From a virus, in the IMG/VR virus record IMGVR_UViG_3300047157_000073, positions 32,001 through 96,000 of that record: a DNA stretch of 64,000 bases. One strand, written 5' to 3'. The number at the start of each line of letters is the position of its first letter. Positions within the stretch are counted from its first letter, which is position 1. The notes under the pieces were generated by a model. That model was not told where the DNA came from, ran no database searches, and saw only the letters and a program-made list of their open reading frames with translations. Positions 43,389-52,480 of the stretch are shown one piece after another. The position numbers were made by a program, and so were the translations under genes.

Positions 43389-44308
43389 AATACTTTGACA
43401 CAAAAAAAGACAGTCTTGAAGAAGCAATCTCTAAGGCTATAAACGAAGACAATAAACCAAGTGCTAAAGAATTAGTAGATGAAGGTGGTAAGTATCTAAA
43501 GTACTCTGATTTACTTCTACAAAAAGGTAGACTAATGGCAAAAAACCAAAGTACTGCTATGATTGATAAAGAGATTTCTAAAGAAATGAAAAAACTTGGA
43601 ATCAAAGAAGCAACAGGTGATAAAGAAAAATATGAAAAATTCTTTAAAGCTGCACTTAAAAAGTTTGGTGCAGATAGTCCTGCTGACTTAGATGGTGAAA
43701 AGAAGAAAGAATTCTTTAATTATATAGATAAAAACTATAAAGGTGACCATGAAGAATCAGTTGACTTAGAAGAAGTTAATGCTAAAGTTATTATGGATAA
43801 AGACACAGGTAATAGAGATTTACAAAAACTTCTAAAAAAACATAAATTAAAAATGAAAACACTTCAACCAAATGTAAACCCTGGTTATGATGAAGTTGAA
43901 ATTTCTGGTGATAAAAGAGATATGGAAAAAATGATGAAAACCACTGGTGATGATGACATGTATAAGTTTAATCCAAGAACAAAAGAGTTTGAATTAGATG
44001 AATCTAAAAAGTTAGAATCAAAAACTGCAAAAGATGTAGATGAAACTCTAGATAAAATCAGAGAAGCAAACATTCAGAAAGGAAAATCAATGAGAAGTAT
44101 TCTTGCTGATATATGGAAAATGAATGAAGGTAAAAATCCTTTTGAAAAAGAAGAAGGTTTTTCTAGTGATGCACAAAGAAAAGCTGCATTTGCAAGTGGA
44201 TACAAAGAGAAAGGTAAGAAAGGTAAGAAAGAAGAAGATGAAAAATCTTCTAAAACTGCAACAGGACAGAAACCTACTAAAATTGAAATTGAACCTGAAG
44301 TAAAATGA
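43385..44308 (+). CDS. charged hypothetical protein, probable internal head protein
   Basis: YEKFFKAALKKFG..SPADL..KKEFFNYID module; Lys/Glu-rich. Confidence 0.65.
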   Translation: MKYFDTKKDSLEEAISKAINEDNKPSAKELVDEGGKYLKYSDLLLQKGRLMAKNQSTAMIDKEISKEMKKLGIKEATGDKEKYEKFFKAALKKFGADSPADLDGEKKKEFFNYIDKNYKGDHEESVDLEEVNAKVIMDKDTGNRDLQKLLKKHKLKMKTLQPNVNPGYDEVEISGDKRDMEKMMKTTGDDDMYKFNPRTKEFELDESKKLESKTAKDVDETLDKIREANIQKGKSMRSILADIWKMNEGKNPFEKEEGFSSDAQRKAAFASGYKEKGKKGKKEEDEKSSKTATGQKPTKIEIEPEVK

Positions 44309-44824
44309 ATGAAAGATATAAGAGAACTTTTGAAGGTAAACGAAGAAAGTTTACCTAGAATTTATTGTGATATGGACCAAGTTCTTGTTGCCTTTTTAGC
44401 TGGTACAAAAAAAATTACTGGTCAAGACTTTAGGAAAATGGATAGAGATTCTCGTTGGAAGGCTGTATCCAATACACCAAAGTTTTGGGAAAACTTAGAA
44501 TTCATGCCAGGTGCAAGAAGATTACTTCAAAGGATTCAAAAGTATGACCCCTACATATTGTCTGCTTTTACAGACAGAGATAGTAGTTCAAAGGCTGGTA
44601 AGTTTAAGTGGGTTCAGAAGAATACTAAGATTCCAAAGTCACGAACATTAGTCGTAAAAAGGGCCCAGAAACAGGCTTACGCCACTCATAATGGACAAGC
44701 TTCAGTTTTGATAGATGATTATATCAAAAATATCAAGGAGTGGGAAAATAAGGGTGGTATAGGAATACATCATACAGATGTGAGTAAAACATTAAATGAA
44801 CTCTCAAAATTAGGGTTCAAATAA
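44309..44824 (+). CDS. HAD-family 5'(3')-deoxyribonucleotidase-like protein
   Basis: IYCDMDQVL, FWENL, LIDD..KNI.EW..KGGIGIHH. Confidence 0.85.
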   Translation: MKDIRELLKVNEESLPRIYCDMDQVLVAFLAGTKKITGQDFRKMDRDSRWKAVSNTPKFWENLEFMPGARRLLQRIQKYDPYILSAFTDRDSSSKAGKFKWVQKNTKIPKSRTLVVKRAQKQAYATHNGQASVLIDDYIKNIKEWENKGGIGIHHTDVSKTLNELSKLGFK

Positions 44825-44879
44825 TTATAAATAGTATCAAAGTTTTTGAATTAGTTTATTTTAAAAAAGGAGAACGAAT

Positions 44880-46388
44880 ATGAGTGCTTGGAATATGAAT
44901 GATGGTAGTGCTTTAACTGGCACCCATACATTTACAAATGGTAGTGCAGTTGTCAATGGCAATGCATCTGCCGTGTATAAATCAGAAGTAAAAATCGGAG
45001 ATGTTGTCACATCTGCTGCTGGAGAGAGTTTAAGAGTTAAAAACTTAGCACCAGCTAGAACAGTTGCAACCTCTGGTGTCAATGCTAGTACAAATGTAAT
45101 TACATTTACCGCACATGGTTATGTGGACACACAAGAAGTTACATATAATGCTGGTGGGGGAACTGTCATGGCTGGATTGGCTGATGGCACAACATACTTT
45201 ATCAGAGATAAAGCAGATGATACTTTTAAACTTGCTGCTACCTCTGGTGGTACTGCAATAGATATCACTGGTACAGGAAATAATGCACAGAATTTTGTTG
45301 GTGAAACTAACACAGGTATGACAATGACATCTAATATGTCAGGTAGTACTGAATCTGGTGCTGCTGCAAATGTTTCAAGACCACCTGTAGATTTTGCAGC
45401 TGGTGACCCACAAATTAACTCTAATATTTTAGGTATTACAAATGCTGAATCTGTTGCTGGTGTTGATAACATTACTAACATCGCAGTAAATGTTGCTGGT
45501 GCAAGATATGTTCAGGCACCAACTGTAACTGTTGCTGCTCCAACTGCAAGAACTATTGCAACTGCAAAAGTTTCTACATCAGATAATACAATTACTGTAG
45601 ATGCTGGACACAATATGAGAACTGGTACTAAGTTAACTTATACCTCTGGTGGAACAAATATGCAAATTGCAAGTTCTGATATTGATGATGATGATGCTGT
45701 ATTTGTAATCAATACTGGTTCTAGTACTGTATTCAAGATTGCAACATCACTTTCAAATGCACAAGCTGGTACAGCTGCTAATATTAGTGGAGCTGGTAAT
45801 AACTCACAAACTTTTGTGGGTGATACTGCTACAGGAACTGCATCTATATCTGGTGGTGTCGTAACAGGCATTGCAGTAACAGCTGTTGGTTCTGATTATC
45901 AAGCAGTTCCTGCTGTTACAGTTGAAGTACCAAAGATGACTATTCCTACAAGTGCAGTTAATGCTAGTACGAATGTTATTACTTTTGCTGGACATGGATT
46001 ATCTGATACTGACCAAATTACATACAACCAAGTTGGTGGTGGTACTTTAATGACTAATGTTGCAGATGATGCAACTGTTTTCGCAAGAGATGTGACTACT
46101 AATACATTTAAGATTGCTGCTACTTCAGGTGGTACTGCAATTAATATAGGTACAGGACACAGTGCTCAAACTTTCACAATCGTAACTGATGCTGTACAGT
46201 CAACTGCTGTTGCAACTCAAGGTCTTGGTGATGATGGTGATACTAACCAAAGAGAAATCGCACATGTCGGTTGGGTTAAGAAAACTGTAGGTTCTGGTGG
46301 TCGTGCTGGTAGAGTTCATTATGAAACTCTAGTTGCCGCATCAAGTATGTCTGGTGACGCAGAAGATATCGCAACACCTGATAGTTAA
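44880..46388 (+). CDS. virion structural protein with three internal repeats
   Basis: Late promoter at 44826; three copies of N.IT..aHG...TY..GG...F..A.S..GTA; C-terminal HVGWVKKT..RV.YETLVA. Confidence 0.8.
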   Translation: MSAWNMNDGSALTGTHTFTNGSAVVNGNASAVYKSEVKIGDVVTSAAGESLRVKNLAPARTVATSGVNASTNVITFTAHGYVDTQEVTYNAGGGTVMAGLADGTTYFIRDKADDTFKLAATSGGTAIDITGTGNNAQNFVGETNTGMTMTSNMSGSTESGAAANVSRPPVDFAAGDPQINSNILGITNAESVAGVDNITNIAVNVAGARYVQAPTVTVAAPTARTIATAKVSTSDNTITVDAGHNMRTGTKLTYTSGGTNMQIASSDIDDDDAVFVINTGSSTVFKIATSLSNAQAGTAANISGAGNNSQTFVGDTATGTASISGGVVTGIAVTAVGSDYQAVPAVTVEVPKMTIPTSAVNASTNVITFAGHGLSDTDQITYNQVGGGTLMTNVADDATVFARDVTTNTFKIAATSGGTAINIGTGHSAQTFTIVTDAVQSTAVATQGLGDDGDTNQREIAHVGWVKKTVGSGGRAGRVHYETLVAASSMSGDAEDIATPDS

Positions 46389-46397
46389 GATATTATC

Positions 46398-46417
46398 GAG
46401 GGAACTTAGGTTCCCTC
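46398..46417 (+). terminator. stem-loop / probable terminator
   Basis: GAGGGAAC-ttag-GTTCCCTC. Confidence 0.6.
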
Positions 46418-46456
46418 AAATATTTTGTATAAATAGTTTAAATATTGGAGTATATT

Positions 46457-46675
46457 ATGGCAGAAATTGACAAAGATAATTTAGAAGAAAAGATTAAAGT
46501 TTTAGATGAAGACATACAAAAGGTTAGTGACCGATTAGTCGAACTAGAACGAGAAAAAGTTAATACATTGGCGACAATGAATGCACTACAAGGTGCCAAG
46601 TCACAATGTGTTACTTTAATAAAAGAATTACATAATGATGAAGACCAGTCAAATGGTTCTGGTGATGATAGTTAA
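46457..46675 (+). CDS. small coiled-coil protein
   Basis: Late promoter at 46428; heptad pattern; LQGA motif. Confidence 0.65.
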   Translation: MAEIDKDNLEEKIKVLDEDIQKVSDRLVELEREKVNTLATMNALQGAKSQCVTLIKELHNDEDQSNGSGDDS

Positions 46676-46764
46676 TACTATCAGTAACATTCCCCTAATA
46701 TAATTGGGGTTTATATAAACAGAGAAAGAATGAATAATTCTTACTCACAAACAGGAGAAGCCAA

Positions 46765-47247
46765 ATGGCAGATAAGAAAATAACAGCACTGACTGATTTA
46801 TCAACAGGTGTTGCTGGTGCTGATTTACTTCATGTTGTGGATGACCCTACAGGTACACCCATTAACAAGAAAGTTTCAGTAACAAACTTTATCAACAACC
46901 TACCATCGTTTATCGGTTTTAGTAACTCAACAGAAGATATATCTTCTGCTACTCAAACTGCTATCTCTGTTGCAACAGCAATTACATTCCTTGAAACAAC
47001 AGGTACAAATGCTGCTACAACACTCGCTGATGGTACAGTTGTAGGTCAAATCAAAATTATCGTTCACGATACAGCTGGAGGTACATCTGAGATGACACCT
47101 GCTGACCCACTAGGGTTTGTTGATATGGACTTTGTAACTGCTGGTGATACAGCTATGCTTATGTGGACAGGTACAAAATGGGTTGCTCTAGCATCTCATG
47201 CTGCAGCTGCTGACACTGGTGTAGTTGAGGTAACAGCAACTGACTAA
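46765..47247 (+). CDS. virion structural (fibre/decoration-like) protein
   Basis: MADKKITALTDL N-terminus; TLADG..GQIKII; LMWTGTKW. Confidence 0.75.
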   Translation: MADKKITALTDLSTGVAGADLLHVVDDPTGTPINKKVSVTNFINNLPSFIGFSNSTEDISSATQTAISVATAITFLETTGTNAATTLADGTVVGQIKIIVHDTAGGTSEMTPADPLGFVDMDFVTAGDTAMLMWTGTKWVALASHAAAADTGVVEVTATD

Positions 47248-47289
47248 TAATCAGTTAAGTTATCGCACTATAACAGTACGACACGGATT

Positions 47290-47318
47290 TGGGGGGATGA
47301 ACTTCCCCCCAAGTTTTA
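47290..47318 (+). terminator. rho-independent terminator
   Basis: TGGGGGGA-tgaac-TTCCCCCA followed by a T-rich tail. Confidence 0.75.
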
Positions 47319-47335
47319 ATTAAAGGAAAAGAATT

Positions 47336-47791
47336 ATGAAAACATTTAAAAAGTACATAAAAGAAGCAAGTGGATTTCCAACAGGACCTGTTGGTGAAAA
47401 TCCAAATAACTTGGCTGGAGAAGTTACCGATACACTAGGGTCTGATGTATTCAACCCACAGAATTTGAAAAGAATAAATGCTATCATAGGTGCTATTTCC
47501 AACATGGAATATCTTTTACCTGAACACGCAATTACAAGATTGAGAGGTTCATTAGATAAGATTCATTTAACATTCCCACAGGTACCTACAATGGAAGGTT
47601 CTAGTGGAGAGTTTGATTTACCACTTACACTATTTGGTGGAAGATATGGAAAGACTGGTTCAGAAGCACCAGATGAAATAACAAATGATGACGGAATTTC
47701 ACATATGGTTGAAGGTGGATTATCACTTAAACTAAGATATGAAATGATGCCTAATAACAGCTCTTGTAAAATATTCGCAAAGATTGAGTAA
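47336..47791 (+). CDS. hypothetical protein with capsid-targeting-like N-terminus
   Basis: MKTFKKYIKEAS. Confidence 0.65.
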   Translation: MKTFKKYIKEASGFPTGPVGENPNNLAGEVTDTLGSDVFNPQNLKRINAIIGAISNMEYLLPEHAITRLRGSLDKIHLTFPQVPTMEGSSGEFDLPLTLFGGRYGKTGSEAPDEITNDDGISHMVEGGLSLKLRYEMMPNNSSCKIFAKIE

Positions 47792-47793
47792 AA

Positions 47794-48156
47794 ATGTACG
47801 AAAAGATAACACCTCAAAATGTTGTCATGTATGCTATTAAAAACTACGACAATCCGCAATGTGAGGGTGAAAAAGAATTTGAAGATGATTTAAAACGATT
47901 CAAGTATATCAAAAGATTACTGAGGCGTTATTATGATACGGGTGTCTTAAAAGAAAGACTTCTACTTAATCATCTTATTGTTTTAAATAATGTGTTCAGT
48001 ATGGAAGCTGCAACCACATTACTACTCTATAAAATTCAACCTAATTACTGGCCTGCATTAAAGTCATTTTTAATCTTCCTAAATAGTATATCAGACAATG
48101 ATTTAACAGAAATAGAACATGATAATGATGTTCTAGAAACATTAGGAAAGATATAA
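47794..48156 (+). CDS. conserved T4-like hypothetical protein
   Basis: YAIKNYDNPQC, DDLKRFKYIKRL, ERLLLNHLIVL.NVF. Confidence 0.8.
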   Translation: MYEKITPQNVVMYAIKNYDNPQCEGEKEFEDDLKRFKYIKRLLRRYYDTGVLKERLLLNHLIVLNNVFSMEAATTLLLYKIQPNYWPALKSFLIFLNSISDNDLTEIEHDNDVLETLGKI

Positions 48157-48772
48157 TGGGTAGTGCCATAGATTTATTTGTATCATACAGATTTTTAAAG
48201 TTGTTAACAACACCTTTTGAAAAAACTGATGCCTTTAAATTAGGAATCATTGATAAGAAAGGTCATAGAATTATGAAAACAGGTGTCTGATGCAACCAGA
48301 AGTTGAATTATCAACATCTCAATTAAAAAATGCATATACAATACTACATAAGTTAGTATTCAATATTAAGAAACTATTCAACAAAGTACCAGGTCTAAGA
48401 ACAAAGGTTGGTACATATGCAGCTGCATTATTCCTATTAAAAGATACATTTAAAGAACATGTTGAAAACCCAGACTTCTTTGAATCAGAATTAGTCAAGT
48501 ATTTAAAAGAAAATAACATAGAATTTGATAATGAGATATCAGAGGAAGTAATAGGATTTGGAGAGATTTTACCCAAAGGTAACTATGTGCTAGTCAATGA
48601 TATCCTAAATAAAGAAGATGAAGCAATAACTGCTACAAAAGGAGATTTGGTCATGACTTTTGAAGACCAATCACCAGTGGATACAATATTAGGAATAGAT
48701 ATATTTCCTGTAATACATATTGCATCTGGAGAAAAAATATTTGTATCACTAGAGGATATTAAAGATGAGTAA
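48156..48772 (+). CDS. conserved T4-like hypothetical protein (frameshift near 48285)
   Basis: YRFLKLLTTPFEKTDAFKLGIID joined to AYT.LHKLVFNIKK, YAAALFLLK. Confidence 0.75.
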
Positions 48773-49715
48773 ATGGAAAGAAATTAAATCATATATGGAA
48801 AGTAAATCTTTTCATGAAAGTAAATTTAATATCAATAAAAAACAAGCACAGATGATTCTTGACTTGAAAAAAGATGAACTCAAAAAAATGAGATTTCTTG
48901 CTATGTTAGATATCGACAAAGATGAACTTAAACAATTAGCAAAGAAAGACCCTTCTATTGTAAGAGCAATAGGAAAACAAGGTGGAAGTTTCAGAACAGC
49001 AATGGTAAGAAAAAGAGCAAATGAGGAATTAGATGTGAATGAAAGTAATACTAAAAAATACATAGAATTTTTAAAAAGAAAAGGTTTTGCTGATGTTGAC
49101 AAAATGGTTGGTCAAGCTAAAAGATTGAAATTGAAAGATAGAGAATTAACAGATTACATAGATAAAGAAATTAATAAAAAAAGAAATCCATTTGTACCAA
49201 ACATTCAAAAAAGATTTATGGCAGGTGAATTTAAAAAAGAAGATGCACCAACTAACTCAAATGCTGCTGGTGGAGTAGACATGAATCCAACAGGCCTATC
49301 TATGAAGAAGAAAAGAGAATTAGATGCTAGAACAAAAGAGTATAGATTACACAGAAGAAAACTAGAAGCACAAAGAGAGAGAAGAAAACTCAAAGCACAA
49401 AAAAATATTTGTGGAAGTTTCAGAAAAAATGTAAAAGAAAATACTGATAACTTTGTTAGAGAAGAATTTATTCAAGAAGACAATGTGGCAATACTTAGAA
49501 AAATTGTTAAGGACAAAAGGAATATGCCTATAAAACTTAAAGATGGTCAAATGAAAGTAGATTTATATACTGCCAGTGCCTTTGTTCAAACATTAGATAA
49601 TAAAAGTATAAAATCAGCTACTAAAAAGAAATTAGAATTTTTAATTAACAAAGGTTCAAAATCACAATTTTTAAGAACTGTAGATGCTGTTTTTAGACAG
49701 TCATCAAATGTTTAA
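48765..49715 (+). CDS. basic modular hypothetical protein
   Basis: 316 aa; EDAPTN module, DARTKEYR, KDGQMKVDLYTASA. Confidence 0.65.
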   Translation: MSKWKEIKSYMESKSFHESKFNINKKQAQMILDLKKDELKKMRFLAMLDIDKDELKQLAKKDPSIVRAIGKQGGSFRTAMVRKRANEELDVNESNTKKYIEFLKRKGFADVDKMVGQAKRLKLKDRELTDYIDKEINKKRNPFVPNIQKRFMAGEFKKEDAPTNSNAAGGVDMNPTGLSMKKKRELDARTKEYRLHRRKLEAQRERRKLKAQKNICGSFRKNVKENTDNFVREEFIQEDNVAILRKIVKDKRNMPIKLKDGQMKVDLYTASAFVQTLDNKSIKSATKKKLEFLINKGSKSQFLRTVDAVFRQSSNV

Positions 49716-49728
49716 ATAGGATTCAATC

Positions 49729-50229
49729 ATGAAAACTTACAGAATGTTCACAGAAGATTATGTAGATTCATATGCACTACACAGAACAACCACAGGACCT
49801 GGTTTGGATGGTTATGTGCCTACGGCAAACTTAAATGCATCTACAAAAGAATATGGAAAATCTTTAGAAAAAATTGCAAAAGATAGAGCATTAAAAGCAC
49901 TTAGTAGAAAAGATAGAGAAACATTAATGAAGATTGCTAATATGTTAGATAAGGAAAGAAAAAACTTTTCTAGAAGAAAAGAAGAAGTTAAAATAACTGA
50001 ATCACCATTACAAATGAAACATGGTGATGCTATAGATTTAGTGCTTGATAAAATAAAAGATGTTATTAGAAAAGATTTAGAGAGAGGAAAGGTTGATTCA
50101 CTAAACAAACTTGGTAAAATGGTAAAAGTAAAAGCAAGTGGTGTAGAGAATAAACCAGGTAGACATATAGTAACTCTCAATCAAGAATTTACTATGGAAG
50201 AGCGAGAAGATACAACAACAAAGGAGTAA
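49729..50229 (+). CDS. hypothetical protein with capsid-targeting-like N-terminus
   Basis: MKTYRMFTEDY. Confidence 0.65.
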   Translation: MKTYRMFTEDYVDSYALHRTTTGPGLDGYVPTANLNASTKEYGKSLEKIAKDRALKALSRKDRETLMKIANMLDKERKNFSRRKEEVKITESPLQMKHGDAIDLVLDKIKDVIRKDLERGKVDSLNKLGKMVKVKASGVENKPGRHIVTLNQEFTMEEREDTTTKE

Positions 50230-50232
50230 ACT

Positions 50233-50406
50233 ATGTTAAGTATGTTAATAGAATCAATAAAAGAAAAACTATCTGAGGTATCATCTTGGAATGGTGGAAT
50301 GTTTATTGGAACAGGAGTACTAATTATGATTGGTAGTCCAATACTTCACTTAGTAGCTTATGCTGCTATAATTTATGGTATATATTTAATTCTCAAAAAA
50401 GGATAA
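50233..50406 (+). CDS. small two-TM membrane protein (holin candidate; absent from the ORF track)
   Basis: AAGGAG RBS; MLSMLIESIKEKLSEVSSWNGGMFIGTGVLIMIGSPILHLVAYAAIIYGIYLILKKG. Confidence 0.55.
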   Translation: MLSMLIESIKEKLSEVSSWNGGMFIGTGVLIMIGSPILHLVAYAAIIYGIYLILKKG

Positions 50407-50413
50407 GTGATTT

Positions 50414-50884
50414 ATGTTTGGTAGTGTTAGAGTGATAATCATGGCAGTAGTATTCATTGGCATCTCTGGTGTTGGTGTATATGTCATGAAATTACGCTCT
50501 GACAATGCCATTCTACAAGCCAATCAAATTAAATTAGAAATGTCAATCGAATCACAAAAAAAAGTGATTCAAAAACAAAAAGAAGATTTTAGTAAAATTC
50601 TTGCGGCAAACAAGAAGATGAATACTCTTGTCAATAATTTACAAAAAGATATTGATGCATTAGATAAAAGATTTAACAAGGGTGCAAGAGATTTTGGTAA
50701 ACTTGCAAATGAGAAACCAAAACTTGTAGAAAAATTAGTCAACAGAGGTAGTGATAGAGCAGGAAGATGTATTGAAATTGCTGGTGGTTCACCTTTAACA
50801 GAAAAGGAAATCAAAGCAACAAAGAAAAGTGAAATCAATACAGAATGTCCTAGTATAGCAAATCCAAATTATGTCGTATATTAG
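50414..50884 (+). CDS. putative inner-membrane spanin (Rz-like)
   Basis: N-terminal TM, long coiled coil, two C-terminal Cys. Confidence 0.6.
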   Translation: MFGSVRVIIMAVVFIGISGVGVYVMKLRSDNAILQANQIKLEMSIESQKKVIQKQKEDFSKILAANKKMNTLVNNLQKDIDALDKRFNKGARDFGKLANEKPKLVEKLVNRGSDRAGRCIEIAGGSPLTEKEIKATKKSEINTECPSIANPNYVVY

Positions 50885-51255
50885 TATCATATTTTTAGCA
50901 GGTATTTTAACATTGTCTGGTTGTAGTTCAATCAAACAGTTAGATATTTTTAGTTTAGATTTTGAAAGAGAACCTCTTGCATTAGAAAAACCAACAATTC
51001 AAGAGTTAGAAAAATTAAAATGGATTAATCATTACATCTGAAAATGCAGATGAAGTATTTAAAAAAATGAAAGAACAAGGACTTGACCCTGTTATATTTG
51101 GATTAAGTGATAATGACTTTAAATTACTTGCAAAAAACTTTGCACAAATTAGAGCTCACATGATGAAATTAAATGTTATGATAGATGAATACAAAGATTA
51201 CTACGAACCTGATGTTATAAATAAAGATAAAGAATCAACAGAGGATAAAAAATAA
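50871..51255 (+). CDS. putative outer-membrane spanin lipoprotein (Rz1-like; frameshift near 51025)
   Basis: MSYISIIFLAGILTLSGC lipobox overlapping the end of the Rz-like gene; continues into ORF 51067-51255. Confidence 0.6.
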
Positions 51256-51734
51256 TGGGTTCATTTAACGGATTTTTAGATGCAAAATTTATACCACCAA
51301 GAAATTGGTCACTAGATGCTCCGCTCAAATTTAAATCTACACTTCTTACTAAAGAAGAAAGAGAATTATTAGTTGAGTGTGGAATACAAGTAACAAAAAC
51401 AACAAACACAATTACAGTTCCAAAAGGATATGTTACAGACTTAGCTTCTGTACCTAGAGTTTGTTGGTCATTTATAGCACCCTTTGATGTTGCTCGTGCA
51501 GCAGTAGTACATGATATCATGTATGAAAAAATAAATGGTGCGTTTAAAAAAGGAATTATTGAATCTAAAAAAGAGAGAGAGATTTATAGAAAAATTGCAG
51601 ATACAACATTCTTAGAAGGTATGATATCTGCAGAACCAGAAGTGTCTAAATGGAAAATATGGTCTGCATATTATGCAGTAAGAATGTTTGGTCGTTGGGC
51701 AATCAATAGTTCAGCACCTAGAAAAGGTATTTAA
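51255..51734 (+). CDS. DUF1353-family protein
   Basis: VPKGYVTDLASVPR, AAVVHD..Y, AD..F, AVR.FG. Confidence 0.85.
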   Translation: MGSFNGFLDAKFIPPRNWSLDAPLKFKSTLLTKEERELLVECGIQVTKTTNTITVPKGYVTDLASVPRVCWSFIAPFDVARAAVVHDIMYEKINGAFKKGIIESKKEREIYRKIADTTFLEGMISAEPEVSKWKIWSAYYAVRMFGRWAINSSAPRKGI

Positions 51735-51736
51735 AA

Positions 51737-52021
51737 ATGTGGGAAATGATAGAAAGAATGGCGGATGACCGCCTATGGATTTATACTGCTATTGTTGGAG
51801 CATTACTCGGTGCTGCTTTCCTAGCATATTTCAAAGACACAAGAATGGGATTATGGATGTATTCCAAGTTTGATGCAACTCTAGACTTCTTAGTTGACAG
51901 GTGGGGTTGGACTTGGTTCAAACAAGATGATAATGCTTGGCGTAAAAGATATCCAAAGATTACAAAAAAAATAGATGAAATGGAAAAAGAAATAAAATCT
52001 CTTAAAAGGAAAATAAAATAA
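51737..52021 (+). CDS. hypothetical membrane protein
   Basis: One TM segment, Trp-rich, basic C-terminus. Confidence 0.65.
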   Translation: MWEMIERMADDRLWIYTAIVGALLGAAFLAYFKDTRMGLWMYSKFDATLDFLVDRWGWTWFKQDDNAWRKRYPKITKKIDEMEKEIKSLKRKIK

Positions 52022-52440
52022 TGGCTGTAACAGATATAGAATTAGATGTAGAGCTTCTTAAAAAAGAAGTATCAGACATGAAACAAATTCATGGTCGTTT
52101 AGATACTGCTATCACAAAGATAACAGATGTATCTAATTGTATTAATCGTATGTTAGCAGTTCATGAAGAAAAGATATCTCAACAAGAAGAAGTTCAAGTT
52201 AGACAGGCCTCAGAGTTCTCAAATGATGTAAAAGAGTTACACTCTAGAATCACTACAAGTACAAAAGAATTAACAGAGTTAATGACTAAACAACACTATG
52301 AAGCAGATGCTGAAATGAGAAGAATGAGAATGGATATCTCTGAAAGAGTAGTTGTCTTAGAAAAATGGAAGTATCTAATTGTTGGGGGTTCTATAGTAGT
52401 AGGATTTATTATTTCATCTTATCTTAGATATTTCATGTAA
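52021..52440 (+). CDS. coiled-coil protein with C-terminal TM anchor
   Basis: RLD.AI.KI, MLAVHEE, LEKWKY..GG. Confidence 0.7.
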   Translation: MAVTDIELDVELLKKEVSDMKQIHGRLDTAITKITDVSNCINRMLAVHEEKISQQEEVQVRQASEFSNDVKELHSRITTSTKELTELMTKQHYEADAEMRRMRMDISERVVVLEKWKYLIVGGSIVVGFIISSYLRYFM

Positions 52441-52444
52441 ACCC

Positions 52445-52474
52445 TTGACATTCTATGTTTAGACCTGTTATTAT
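52445..52474 (+). promoter_or_regulatory. sigma70-type promoter for primase, probably leaderless
   Basis: TTGACA-18 bp-(TGn)TATTAT, 6 nt before the ATG, no SD. Confidence 0.7.
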
Positions 52475-52480
52475 GGCGAC

